Source: a virus. From it: DNA of 64,000 bases. Of the stretch, positions 29,558 through 39,516 are shown in pieces. Numbering within the stretch: position 1 is the first letter of the stretch; the number at the start of each line of letters is the position of its first letter. The position numbers and the translations under genes are program-made. The notes beneath the pieces are model-generated. The model saw only the letters and a list, made by a program, of their open reading frames with translations, was not told the DNA's origin and did not search any database. Location: positions 64,001 through 128,000 of IMG/VR virus record IMGVR_UViG_3300047476_000982. One strand, 5' to 3'.

Positions 29558-29580
29558 TAAAATACCTTAACAGTTTATAA

Positions 29581-32145
29581 ATGGGATTATCAAAAAACAC
29601 TCTTGATAGATCAGATATTTCTACTTATCCTATTAAGTTAAAATATTCTGCTTCTTACTCAAGTTCTACTGCCATTAATTATGGAATTACAGCAAATAGA
29701 GGAATTAATACTTCTTTTGATGTAGATGGTAGAGATTTTTTAGTTTATAAACTAGCTAAGCAATTATACTATAATTCTTATATAACTGGAGCTTTAAACA
29801 ACTCTAGTAGTATATGGGATGATAATTTACAATCAACAGCTGCATCAGGAACTTTTGATGACGATTTTAGATTTTTTCCAACTGGATCTGGTGATGAGAT
29901 AACAGTGCTTTGTATACCTTCTATAGTTTTTGGACAAAATATATCTAAGACTACTTTTAGAATATCATCTGCTAATTATAATCTTATAGATGATGGTAAT
30001 GGTAATGTAATAGATACTGATAATGGAAATGTACATGTAGGTAATGTATTATATAGACAGGGAATTTCAGTTATTACTAATCCTGATTATAGATATGCTT
30101 TAATTGAAGCAATTCCAACTACAACAACTACAACTACAACTAGTACAACTAGTACAACAACTACTGTGGCTCCAACTACTACTAGTACAACAACTAGTAC
30201 AACTACTGCTGCCGCAGCATCTATATTATGGGAAAATACTGAATTAGTAAGTCCTTTTATAGATAGTGACTTATTTATAAATGATGATGGCGCAAATATA
30301 GTTGCTGAATATGTTGATAATACTGGAACATTTAATGCATCTGCTGGAAGCTCTATTTATTCACAACAGAATTCAATGGGCGGAACTATAGGTAACTATA
30401 GATTATATGTAAGAAATTTAACTGATTCTATAACATTATATGATAATACATCAACTGCTGGATCATTACCCTCTACTGTAAATAGCTACACTTTTACAGC
30501 AGTATCAGGTAAGTCATACTATGTAAGTGCTTCGGTTTCAGAAATTCCTACAACTACTACAACTACAACTAGTACAACAACCGCGGCTCCAACTACAACT
30601 ACAACTAGTACAACAACTAGTACGACAACAGCAGCTCCAACAACAACTAGTACAACTACTGTTGCCCCAACTACTACTAGCACAACAACTAGTACTACAA
30701 CTGTAGAACCAACTACTAGTACAACAACTAGTACAACTACGGCTGCGCCAACTACTAGTACAACTACGGCTGCGCCAACTACAACTACTACTAGTACAAC
30801 AACTAGTACTACAACTGTAGAACCAACTACTAGTACGACGACAACTAGTACTACAGAAGCACCTACAACTACTAGTACGACAACTAGTACAACTACGGCT
30901 GCGCCAACTACTAGTACGACAACTAGTACAACGACCGTAGCTCTAACTACAACTACAACTAGTACAACTACAAGTACAACTACAGAAATTCCAACTACTA
31001 GTACAACAACTAGTACGACAACTGCAGGACCAACTTGTTGTTATCAATATGAAATAACTAATTATTATACAACATCTAAAACAATATTCTATACAGATTG
31101 TAATGGAACTCCATCTTCTATTTCTGCTCCTGGTAACGGACTTCAAACTTATATAAGTTGCGCGATTGAAGGAAGCATTAGTTTCTCTGAAACTCCTTGT
31201 GATGGTGGAAGTTCTGATTGTATAGCAGTAGTTCAAGCTAACGAACCTTGCGGAGGGTGCGTAAGTACCACAACTACAACCAGCACAACAACTGCAGCTC
31301 CTACAAGTACAACTACTAGTACAACTACAATAGCACCAACAACAACTAGTACAACTACAAGTACAACTACTGTAGAACCATGTGCGGTATGCGGAGATAT
31401 AATTAACGGATCTTATTCTGGTTTAGACTTTACTACTCAAACAAAATGTTTAGACTTAACATCAGCAATTAATGGAGGACAAATTACACTATCATACGAT
31501 GCTATAGATAGACCTAATAGATTTAATATTTATGAAGTTGTTGGTGGAACATTAGTTGCTACTAGTGGTTGGGTTGGATCACCATCATCTACTCCTGGTC
31601 CTTGGAATCCTCCTGGACCTGGAACTGGTACGTTCTCATTTATTTATGATAATACTAAGACTTATGAACTTAGAGTAGATATTGCAGCAGATACTATTAG
31701 TGATACTTGGTCTATTTCAATAACTTGTGGACCTGTACCTACAACTACAACGACAACAACAACTAGTACAACAACTAGTACAACTACTATTGCCCCAACT
31801 ACTACTAGCACAACAACTAGTACGACAACTGTAGAACCAACAACAACAAGCACAACTACGTCAACTACAACTATAGCATGTTATGAATATGTAGCAACAG
31901 CAGATCAAACAGATATAGATAATTCAGATAATGGAACTGTTTATTTTGAATACACTGATTGTGACGGAATAACTCAAACATTATCTAGAGGTACAACCAT
32001 TCCTAGCGATCCTATTTGTGCAAGAAATACTGGAACTGTTTACATATTAGTAGGAGGAAATCAATCTGCAGCTGCTGGTAGTTTATGGAGTGGAGGAATA
32101 ATACAATGCAATCCTGGTGGAGGTGGAGGTGGAGAAACTCCATAA
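29581..32145 (+). CDS. Structural-protein N-terminal half fused to mucin-like Thr-rich stalk with Cys-containing globular domains (tail fibre-like)
   Basis: First ~175 aa parallel 28523-29557; then four poly-Thr/STT/APT blocks separated by globular segments, two with YTDCxG motifs. Confidence 0.7.
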   Translation: MGLSKNTLDRSDISTYPIKLKYSASYSSSTAINYGITANRGINTSFDVDGRDFLVYKLAKQLYYNSYITGALNNSSSIWDDNLQSTAASGTFDDDFRFFPTGSGDEITVLCIPSIVFGQNISKTTFRISSANYNLIDDGNGNVIDTDNGNVHVGNVLYRQGISVITNPDYRYALIEAIPTTTTTTTTSTTSTTTTVAPTTTSTTTSTTTAAAASILWENTELVSPFIDSDLFINDDGANIVAEYVDNTGTFNASAGSSIYSQQNSMGGTIGNYRLYVRNLTDSITLYDNTSTAGSLPSTVNSYTFTAVSGKSYYVSASVSEIPTTTTTTTSTTTAAPTTTTTSTTTSTTTAAPTTTSTTTVAPTTTSTTTSTTTVEPTTSTTTSTTTAAPTTSTTTAAPTTTTTSTTTSTTTVEPTTSTTTTSTTEAPTTTSTTTSTTTAAPTTSTTTSTTTVALTTTTTSTTTSTTTEIPTTSTTTSTTTAGPTCCYQYEITNYYTTSKTIFYTDCNGTPSSISAPGNGLQTYISCAIEGSISFSETPCDGGSSDCIAVVQANEPCGGCVSTTTTTSTTTAAPTSTTTSTTTIAPTTTSTTTSTTTVEPCAVCGDIINGSYSGLDFTTQTKCLDLTSAINGGQITLSYDAIDRPNRFNIYEVVGGTLVATSGWVGSPSSTPGPWNPPGPGTGTFSFIYDNTKTYELRVDIAADTISDTWSISITCGPVPTTTTTTTTSTTTSTTTIAPTTTSTTTSTTTVEPTTTSTTTSTTTIACYEYVATADQTDIDNSDNGTVYFEYTDCDGITQTLSRGTTIPSDPICARNTGTVYILVGGNQSAAAGSLWSGGIIQCNPGGGGGGETP
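30117..31875 (+). repeat. In-frame low-complexity tandem repeats (ACTAGTACAAC/ACAACT units) encoding Thr tracts
   Basis: Blocks at about 30117-30210, 30547-31025, 31264-31375 and 31737-31875. Confidence 0.9.
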
Positions 32146-32180
32146 TTTTTAATTAATACTTAATAGATAATAAAATTGTT

Positions 32181-33137
32181 ATGAAAAATTTACGTTACAT
32201 TTGTGCTCAACCAAGATTAGTTTATTATGCTTGGCAAGTAGAAGTCATGATTAATAATTTCATTAAAAATGGAATTAACCCAAATAATATAGATATTTTA
32301 GTTGCTTGGAATCCTAATGATGGAACATCATCTAAAGAATCTATTGAAATGTGGGAAAAACTATCATCACATTATAATTTTGTCAGATTCTTTTTTTATG
32401 AAGATACTAGAGAAAAACCTATAAAATATATATCTTCTATAAGACCCAATATATTAAAACAACATTTTAAATTACATCCAGAATTACATGATGAAGTAAT
32501 ATTTTATCATGATTGTGATATACTATTTACTAAACAAGTAAATTGGAATAAATTTTTAAATGATAATATTTGGTACCTTAGTGATACTAATAGTTATATA
32601 AACTATGATTATATTATTTCAAAAGGAGCAGATGTTTATAATAAAATGTGTGAAATAATAGGAGTAGATCCTATTATTCCTAAATTAATGAATTCAAATT
32701 CTGGTGGTGCTCAATATATTTTAAAAAATATAGACTATGAATTTTGGGAAAAAGTAGAAAAAGATTCTGAGCAGTTATATTTTGAAATTACACAACTAAA
32801 TCAAATAAAAAAACAAGAAGATCCTAATTATCATGAACTTCAAATATGGTGTTCTGATATGTGGTCTCTTCTTTGGAATGGGTGGCTTAGAGGTAATGAA
32901 ACTAAAGTAGTAAAAGAAATGGATTTTAGTTGGGCTACAGATTTAGAAGAAAGATTTAATGAAACAAATATATTTCATAATGCAGGAATTACTTGCTCTT
33001 GCGGAGGTAAATTTTATAAAGCAAACTATAGAGATTCACTTCCATATAATTTAGATCTTAGAATAAAAGAAGGATCCGCAAGTTATAAGTACTATCAAGA
33101 AATTCAAGAAACTGCTAAAAAATCACCATTAATATGA
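32181..33137 (+). CDS. Putative glycosyltransferase (GT-A-like)
   Basis: IFYHDCDILF (DxD), GGAQY, WCSDMW motifs. Confidence 0.6.
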   Translation: MKNLRYICAQPRLVYYAWQVEVMINNFIKNGINPNNIDILVAWNPNDGTSSKESIEMWEKLSSHYNFVRFFFYEDTREKPIKYISSIRPNILKQHFKLHPELHDEVIFYHDCDILFTKQVNWNKFLNDNIWYLSDTNSYINYDYIISKGADVYNKMCEIIGVDPIIPKLMNSNSGGAQYILKNIDYEFWEKVEKDSEQLYFEITQLNQIKKQEDPNYHELQIWCSDMWSLLWNGWLRGNETKVVKEMDFSWATDLEERFNETNIFHNAGITCSCGGKFYKANYRDSLPYNLDLRIKEGSASYKYYQEIQETAKKSPLI

Positions 33138-33790
33138 CTATAAAAAATTATATAGAAGATTTAATATCTAAAGGAGTTTCAATAAATTGCATTTATGATA
33201 TAGGAGGGTGGATGGGTTATTGGACAGAAAATATGTCTAATGGTATTTTAAAAGAAAAAGAATTTATTATATTTGAAGCAAATCCATATTATGCAGATGC
33301 TTTATCTAAACTAGGAAAAAAAGTTTTTATAGATGTATTAAGTGATAAAAAAGGATTAGAAGTAGAATACTACGACGCACCTTTATCAGGAGAATCTTAT
33401 TATAAAGAAAATACAAATTATTACAAAGATCATATTCCTAAAAAAAGAATTACAAATACTTTAGACAGTATTATAGAAGAAAATAATTTAATATTACCAG
33501 ATTTTATTAAAATAGATACTCAAGGTTCTGAATTAGATATTTTAAAAGGGGGTATAAAAGCAATAAATAATGCTAAGGTAGTTTATACAGAATGCCCAAT
33601 AATAAAATATAATTTAGGAGCTCCTAATATTCAAGATTATTTAAACTTTTTTGATTATTTTGGTTTTTATCCAATGAATATTTTAGAAACACATTTTATG
33701 GATAATGTACTTGTTCAAATAGATATTGTGTTTATGAAAAAAGAATTAAAAAATAATTTATATGGAGAAAATAAAGCCATTTTACAATGA
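33134..33790 (+). CDS. FkbM-family SAM-dependent methyltransferase
   Basis: IYDIGGWMG, IFEANP, TLDS, FIKIDTQGSELDILKGG. Confidence 0.88.
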   Translation: MTIKNYIEDLISKGVSINCIYDIGGWMGYWTENMSNGILKEKEFIIFEANPYYADALSKLGKKVFIDVLSDKKGLEVEYYDAPLSGESYYKENTNYYKDHIPKKRITNTLDSIIEENNLILPDFIKIDTQGSELDILKGGIKAINNAKVVYTECPIIKYNLGAPNIQDYLNFFDYFGFYPMNILETHFMDNVLVQIDIVFMKKELKNNLYGENKAILQ

Positions 33791-34749
33791 TAAAAGAAAA
33801 TGATCAAAATATAATTTTTTATTGGGATGGACCTATTTCTGATTCTAGAAAAAAGATATTAGAAGATTGTTTGTATTCAACAAGAGTATTTAATCAAGAT
33901 AGGCCAATTTATTTAGTCTCTAATTGGATAAAAGAGTTAGATACGAGATATGATATTGAAATAGTAAATTGGAATGATACTTTTTTTGATGGTATTAATA
34001 TTCCAATATTAGATAAATATAAAGTAGCTAATTATAGAGAAATATCTGATCTAATGAGGATGGTGCTTTTATATCAATTTGGTGGAAGTTATATAGACAC
34101 AGATGATCTTTGTATAAATAAAATGACAGATTTAAAAAATTTAGTTTGCAGATCTTATGATCCTCATACATGTCATTATAATGGATTAAAACCAGAAGAT
34201 TGTATCCCAGGAAAATACAGAGAAATTAGAGGATATGATGAAATTTATATGTTTCCAAGAAATGATTGTTGGTTAAATTTTGAACCAAAAAGTAAATTTA
34301 TACAAGATATATTTTCAAATGAAAAATTTTTAAATTCTGAAAAAGTAATTTATATCGGAGACGGATTTTCTTGGCAGTCTTTAAGTTTAGAATCATGTTT
34401 AAAAAATATAGATAAAATAGGAGACGTATATAATTTAGGATTAACTCTACTTTATTTTTATGAAGATTTTGTATCGGCATCTTCATATTGGGATAGATGT
34501 AATTATGGTGGGGAAATGTGTGATATCTATAAAGAATTACCTAATTTAGATAACTATGAATGGGGATTTTATAAATGTAATAAAGAGACCGCTGAGAAAT
34601 TCTATAACAAGATAATACAAACCTATCCTTATATTTCTCATATGTGGTTACATAGTAAAGATATGAAAGAAGAATGGTTAAGAGATGAAATAGATGAAAT
34701 GTCAAGTTTATCTAATTGGATATATAAAATAGTTAAAGAAAAATTATGA
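33787..34749 (+). CDS. Glycosyltransferase, GT32/capsular-polysaccharide-synthesis-like
   Basis: IIFYWDG, ISDLMRMVLLYQFGGSYIDTD (DxD) signature. Confidence 0.8.
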   Translation: MIKENDQNIIFYWDGPISDSRKKILEDCLYSTRVFNQDRPIYLVSNWIKELDTRYDIEIVNWNDTFFDGINIPILDKYKVANYREISDLMRMVLLYQFGGSYIDTDDLCINKMTDLKNLVCRSYDPHTCHYNGLKPEDCIPGKYREIRGYDEIYMFPRNDCWLNFEPKSKFIQDIFSNEKFLNSEKVIYIGDGFSWQSLSLESCLKNIDKIGDVYNLGLTLLYFYEDFVSASSYWDRCNYGGEMCDIYKELPNLDNYEWGFYKCNKETAEKFYNKIIQTYPYISHMWLHSKDMKEEWLRDEIDEMSSLSNWIYKIVKEKL

Positions 34750-35426
34750 TATCTGTAGTAACACTAACGTATAAAAGAAAACATATTTTAGAAGAAGCAA
34801 TACAATCCTATCTTAATCAAGATTACGAAGGAGATTCAGAAATGCTTGTAATAAATGATTCACCAGACGTGCAGTATGTATTTGATCATCCTAAAGTAAG
34901 AATAATAAATTTTCCTACTAGATTTAGTTCTATAGGTAAAAAATTGCAATACGGTTTTCAACAAGCAAAAGGAGATTATTTATATAGATTAGATGATGAT
35001 GACTTATTATCTCCATGGGCTCTATCTATAGTAAATGAATATATAACAGAAAACCCAGGAAAAGATATTTACAGGTGCGCTCATCATTATTTTTTTACTA
35101 ATAATGAATTTACATCTATTAGTAGTAGTATAAATAACGGAAATTGTTATTCTAAAGATTTTATAAATAGAATAGAATTTCCTGAAGCTAGTGGAAATGA
35201 AGATAATACTATAACATTTTGGAGAGATGCCAATATCTATAACGGAGATAAAGGAAAATATTCTATGTTATATAGATGGGGAATGTATACTTATCATATT
35301 TCAGGTATGGGTAATTATGAAGATAATGATTATGTATTATCTAGAACAGATCAACTATGTGCAAAAGAAGAAGGGATTATAGAATTAAAACCCCATTTTA
35401 AGAATGACTATTACAAATATTTATAA
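34746..35426 (+). CDS. Glycosyltransferase family 2
   Basis: MISVVTLTYKR..ILEEAIQSYLNQDY, VINDS, GDYLYRLDDDD. Confidence 0.88.
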   Translation: MISVVTLTYKRKHILEEAIQSYLNQDYEGDSEMLVINDSPDVQYVFDHPKVRIINFPTRFSSIGKKLQYGFQQAKGDYLYRLDDDDLLSPWALSIVNEYITENPGKDIYRCAHHYFFTNNEFTSISSSINNGNCYSKDFINRIEFPEASGNEDNTITFWRDANIYNGDKGKYSMLYRWGMYTYHISGMGNYEDNDYVLSRTDQLCAKEEGIIELKPHFKNDYYKYL

Positions 35427-35428
35427 GT

Positions 35429-35728
35429 ATGCCATCTTATGCTCCATATACAATTCATTTAGTAGCTGAAACTACTGTATATCAAAACGAAGTTAGGTGT
35501 AGAGTAAAAGAAAATGATTTTAACTATACACAAAACCCTAGCGCAACAAAGGCAGGATCCACAGGTTCTTATATAGATGCCGTAACAGGTTCAGACTTCC
35601 ATCCATATACAACTACAGTAGGTTTATATAATGATAAAGATGAATTACTTGTAGTAGGAAAATTATCAAGGCCATATCCAATTCCGCCTAATACAGATAT
35701 GACTTTTATTATAAGGTGGGATAGTTAA
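35429..35728 (+). CDS. Detached C-terminal half of tail structural protein
   Basis: CRVKENDFNYTQNPS...TTVGLYNDKDELLVVGKLSRP aligns by eye with the C-terminus of 28523-29557. Confidence 0.75.
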   Translation: MPSYAPYTIHLVAETTVYQNEVRCRVKENDFNYTQNPSATKAGSTGSYIDAVTGSDFHPYTTTVGLYNDKDELLVVGKLSRPYPIPPNTDMTFIIRWDS

Positions 35729-35738
35729 AAAATAAAGT

Positions 35739-36194
35739 ATGAGAAAATGGTTATATTTCGATCCTCTAGGAGTTACTAGAGAGTTTAATTCAATAGAAGA
35801 CTTTCCCCCTAATACCGTAGGCTTTATATATAAGATTGTCAATCTAGTCAATGGCAAATTCTATATAGGTAGAAAGGTCCTTTTCAATAATACCAATAAA
35901 GCATTAACCAAGAAGGAGATCGCGGAATGGGACAAACCTGGGCGCGTCCCACGCAAAAGAAAGATAGTTAAAGAATCTGACTGGTTGTCATATCACGGAA
36001 GTAATAAGCTTCTTAATCAAGAAAGAAAAGAAGTTGGCGACGATATGTTTGCTAGAGAGATCTTACAATTATGCTACTCTAAAAAACAATTGACTTATTA
36101 TGAAGTGTGGTGGCAAATGCACTATAAAGTTCTTCATATAGATTCATATAACGATAACATCCAAGGAAGATTCTATAGAAAGGATGTAGAATAA
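35739..36194 (+). CDS. GIY-YIG family endonuclease (catalytic domain only)
   Basis: GFIYKIVNLVNGKFYIGRK, YHGS, YYE, YNDNI motifs. Confidence 0.8.
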   Translation: MRKWLYFDPLGVTREFNSIEDFPPNTVGFIYKIVNLVNGKFYIGRKVLFNNTNKALTKKEIAEWDKPGRVPRKRKIVKESDWLSYHGSNKLLNQERKEVGDDMFAREILQLCYSKKQLTYYEVWWQMHYKVLHIDSYNDNIQGRFYRKDVE

Positions 36195-36221
36195 AAAAAG
36201 CCCTGGCACTTGCCGAGGGCT
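36193..36221 (-). terminator. Intrinsic terminator between convergent operons
   Basis: AGCCCT-GGC-ACTT-GCC-G-AGGGCT hairpin; U7 tract follows on the minus strand. Confidence 0.75.
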
Positions 36222-36242
36222 ATATGTATGGGCCTGCAAAGG

Positions 36243-36482
36243 TTAATTCCAATCAATTATCTTATGTAAGGTATTTTTATCTATACCTGCCTTTAAAGCT
36301 TTAACAACAGCTTCTTCAAATTCAACCCTAGGGAAAGAACTTCCTCCTTCATCTGGGCCAATCTTATCTCCTGTAAGACCCGCTGCATCTAATTGATCAT
36401 TATCCATATAATCAAATTCTTCTGCATCAATTTCTTTTAGAAGAGGATTATTTGCTGTAAATTGTTTAAAGTTAAATGCCAT
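36243..36482 (-). CDS. Small acidic protein with FNFKQF..NN N-terminal motif
   Basis: MAFNFKQFTANNPLLKE start. Confidence 0.55.
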   Translation of the reverse strand: MAFNFKQFTANNPLLKEIDAEEFDYMDNDQLDAAGLTGDKIGPDEGGSSFPRVEFEEAVVKALKAGIDKNTLHKIIDWN

Positions 36483-36502
36483 GTTATGTTTTTTAATTTG
36501 TT

Positions 36503-37894
36503 TTAGCTATTAGCCCAAGCTTTCATTCTTGTATCTAAAGCAAGATTTTTTCCTCTGAACCTGATGAATTCTCCTCTACCCATAGCATCTATGATATCTG
36601 CTTTAGTATATTTTGTACCTGGCATTCCATCATCCGCGGTTACCATAAGAGTATCTCCCATTGGTTGTACATACAAAATACCATGTAGTTTACCTTGTTG
36701 GTCTCTAGCAGTCCATTTGAATTCTTCTCCTTCCATTTGAACACCAGATGAAGATACAGTTACTTCTTCTTTAAAAGATTTAAATCCTCTAATAGTATCT
36801 ACAACAAACTGTGCAATTTCTCTGCTGTCAAAACCATCGTCCATTAAACTTTTTATAGCAGATTTAATTTGGTTTCCACCTAAATCATCAAATCTATCAT
36901 AATCAGATGCATCATCATCGTCGTATTCCGATCCCTTATCTATTGAAGGAAATGGATCTACAGAATCATCAGTATACATAGATTCATTAGTATCCTGTTG
37001 AGATCCACCAACTTTATATTCAGCTTCTACTTTTTTAAGAACAGGGATCATATCTTGAGCATAGCTTTCAAAATCAGGATATGAAGGATCGCCTACAACT
37101 TGATGATCTTCTATCTGCTCACCATAATTTGATTGAAGTTCAACAGCTATTCCTTTTGCACCATCCCAATTAGGCGTTGCGTAAACAACAGCATCTTCAC
37201 TTGGTATATTATCATGTATCCAATAAAGAACTCCTAAGTGATCTTCATAATAACAAGTCCAACTACCAACTCTTTTACCATCTACAGAATCATTCATCCA
37301 ATCATTAGAATATATTTTCTCAGGCTTTTCAAGTTCTTGTACAGGGCTATCTTCTTTAACAGATTTGTTTTTTACTATATCAAAGAATAATACGTTCTTA
37401 GAATCAGTATCAAAATCATCATCTTTAGTAACACTTTGAGGATCTATTTGCCAACCAGGGAATTTTGTTTGAAGTAAATTTTTAATATCAGTAAAAGCAG
37501 CTTTACTTACTTTACTTTCAATAGAAATTGCAATTCCACCGTCCTCAACAATTTTATTACCTATCCTTGCTACAGTTGGTGCAATTCTTACATTCTCATA
37601 TTCCTCTTGATCAGGTCTAGCTTTTTTATATCCGTATTTCTTTTGAATAGCAAATAGCTTTGACATCAAACTATCTTTATCATCTTTACCTGCTTTTTCT
37701 TCTACAGGACTGTCTTGCACAAATTCATCACCAAAGCCATCCAACTTATGTTCTGGACCTTCATACGGAATTTCTGTATCTAACTTTGTTTCCTCTTCTT
37801 CTTTCAAACTGTGCAAATCTACGTAGGCACCAAGAATAGCATGAGAACCAAGGTGATTTTCTTTTAAATACTTTGCAATGTTAAAATCTTTCAT
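36503..37894 (-). CDS. Acidic modular protein with FNxxKYLxEN N-terminal motif
   Basis: MKDFNIAKYLKENHLG; preceded by ATATTTAT at 37914-37921. Confidence 0.6.
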   Translation of the reverse strand: MKDFNIAKYLKENHLGSHAILGAYVDLHSLKEEEETKLDTEIPYEGPEHKLDGFGDEFVQDSPVEEKAGKDDKDSLMSKLFAIQKKYGYKKARPDQEEYENVRIAPTVARIGNKIVEDGGIAISIESKVSKAAFTDIKNLLQTKFPGWQIDPQSVTKDDDFDTDSKNVLFFDIVKNKSVKEDSPVQELEKPEKIYSNDWMNDSVDGKRVGSWTCYYEDHLGVLYWIHDNIPSEDAVVYATPNWDGAKGIAVELQSNYGEQIEDHQVVGDPSYPDFESYAQDMIPVLKKVEAEYKVGGSQQDTNESMYTDDSVDPFPSIDKGSEYDDDDASDYDRFDDLGGNQIKSAIKSLMDDGFDSREIAQFVVDTIRGFKSFKEEVTVSSSGVQMEGEEFKWTARDQQGKLHGILYVQPMGDTLMVTADDGMPGTKYTKADIIDAMGRGEFIRFRGKNLALDTRMKAWANS

Positions 37895-38019
37895 TATAAT
37901 AATTTTACTACTAATAAATATTGAATTACTTATTAAATAAATAAAGCAGTTTCCGTTTCCGCATAGGGGCCCTAAAATATAGTATTTACAAATTTATCAC
38001 TTTGGACATTTCCACTCTA

Positions 38020-39328
38020 TCAGAGTATCCATTTGTCATTAAAGAATTTTCCATTCTCGTAGATCATATCGTTTCCACCACCAGTGAAATAAACACGGGT
38101 GACTTCATTTCCATCCAACAAAGAGTTTGGTATGGTAGTACCCAGGTAATATTTGATACTTTTGACGTTAACACCTCTGGTTACAGTACCATCCTTTTTC
38201 TCTATGGTAATGAAATACCCGCCCTGGATTTTGGTGAGTTCGTTAACCTCGAATTTCCTTACTTCCAAATCTTCTGTCTTTTTCATATTTTTATATTTAT
38301 TCTTTTTTGTAAATTTAAATTTTTCCCGGAGTTTACGATTGATAATCAAATTTTTTGACAACAAAAGATAGGGTCCATTTTAGGAACGACAAATCTATAT
38401 AGAAATAATCAAAACTCCCTTCATATATTTCATAAGAGACCGACAAGGTCGGTAGGATATAAAAGTAGTTATAGTTGGTGACTAGCTTTACTCTTTCTGT
38501 CTTTTTCATATTTACTTATTTTCAAGTTCTTCAATCTTGTTTGTCTTCAACCAACAGGATACAATCCATAGGATAGTAACGATTTGCCAAGCATAGTCTT
38601 CTCCTTCTTTGGAATTATACATTCCTATTGAAGCTGCCACGATTATAGATAAGGCCATACCGACTTTTTCCCATACCTTTAAATGCTGAATTAGTTTATC
38701 CATTTTCTTTTAGCTTTTTTATTTCTTGTTTAAGTAAATCTATTTCTTTCTTTTGTATCTCTACCAAGCTCTTGAGTAGTTCTATGGTTTCATCGGATAG
38801 TTTCTTTCTTTGAACCGACAATTCCAAATACTGGTTGATCTTGTGGCGGAGTTCTATTTCTGTTACCATCTTTAAATTTTGTTTATTTCTAACAATGATT
38901 TAAAAAGTAAAAAGGTTACTGCACCCACGGCTGTAGTTAATGCCAAAATTATTGCTATCCCATCTATTCCGGTTCTTTCATAGATTTTTCTTATAAACCA
39001 ATTATAGAAATGTTGCATAGCTATTATGAATATGCATAACGATACTGTTGCTATTATTTGTGCCATATTAATAGGAATTTTCTGAATAATATTTTTTGAT
39101 CTTGTCATGAAACTCTGGCTTGTAAAGTCCCGTGCCTGGTTGTAATACCATTTCATAGTAAGTATGGTATGTGGCTTGGTACATTGACATTCCTTTTTCT
39201 TCTATTAGGAAATTAAAGTGCTTCCAATATTCTTCTATAATACCTAAGCGTTTCATCAATACTAATTCAAATACGACTTTATCAAACTCTTTATCTGTTA
39301 GATATTCTTTTAATTTAAGTAAGTCCAT
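38020..39328 (-). other. Cluster of small hypothetical ORFs (38020-38364, 38512-38703, 38872-39156, 39068-39328), two membrane-like
   Basis: ORF track; hydrophobic segments in 38512-38703 and 38872-39156. Confidence 0.45.
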
Positions 39329-39516
39329 TTTATTTACGTATTTATATTCTTATAGAATTTCAAAATTTTCCCGGTGTGCACGGTGGGTCAACGCGGGGCC
39401 CCCGGCTAGGGCCCTCCTATCTACCATAATTAGGTCATTGCTGTGGTGCTAGTTGACTGCTAATGGTCAAGAGCAAGCCGCAAGCATGTCGCTCGCGAGC
39501 TCGTCTCTCTAACCAA

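Noticed and set aside
30117-31875. Tandem repeats as a CRISPR array
   Set aside because: The units are codon-phased, degenerate and lack unique spacers; they encode Thr tracts in an open frame. No cas genes are present (the Cas4-like exonuclease sits in a replication context).
35739-36194. GIY-YIG gene as an intron-encoded or mobile homing element
   Set aside because: It is freestanding between intact genes, with no intron structure or NUMOD DNA-binding extension visible; no integrase, transposase or reverse transcriptase was recognised in the window.
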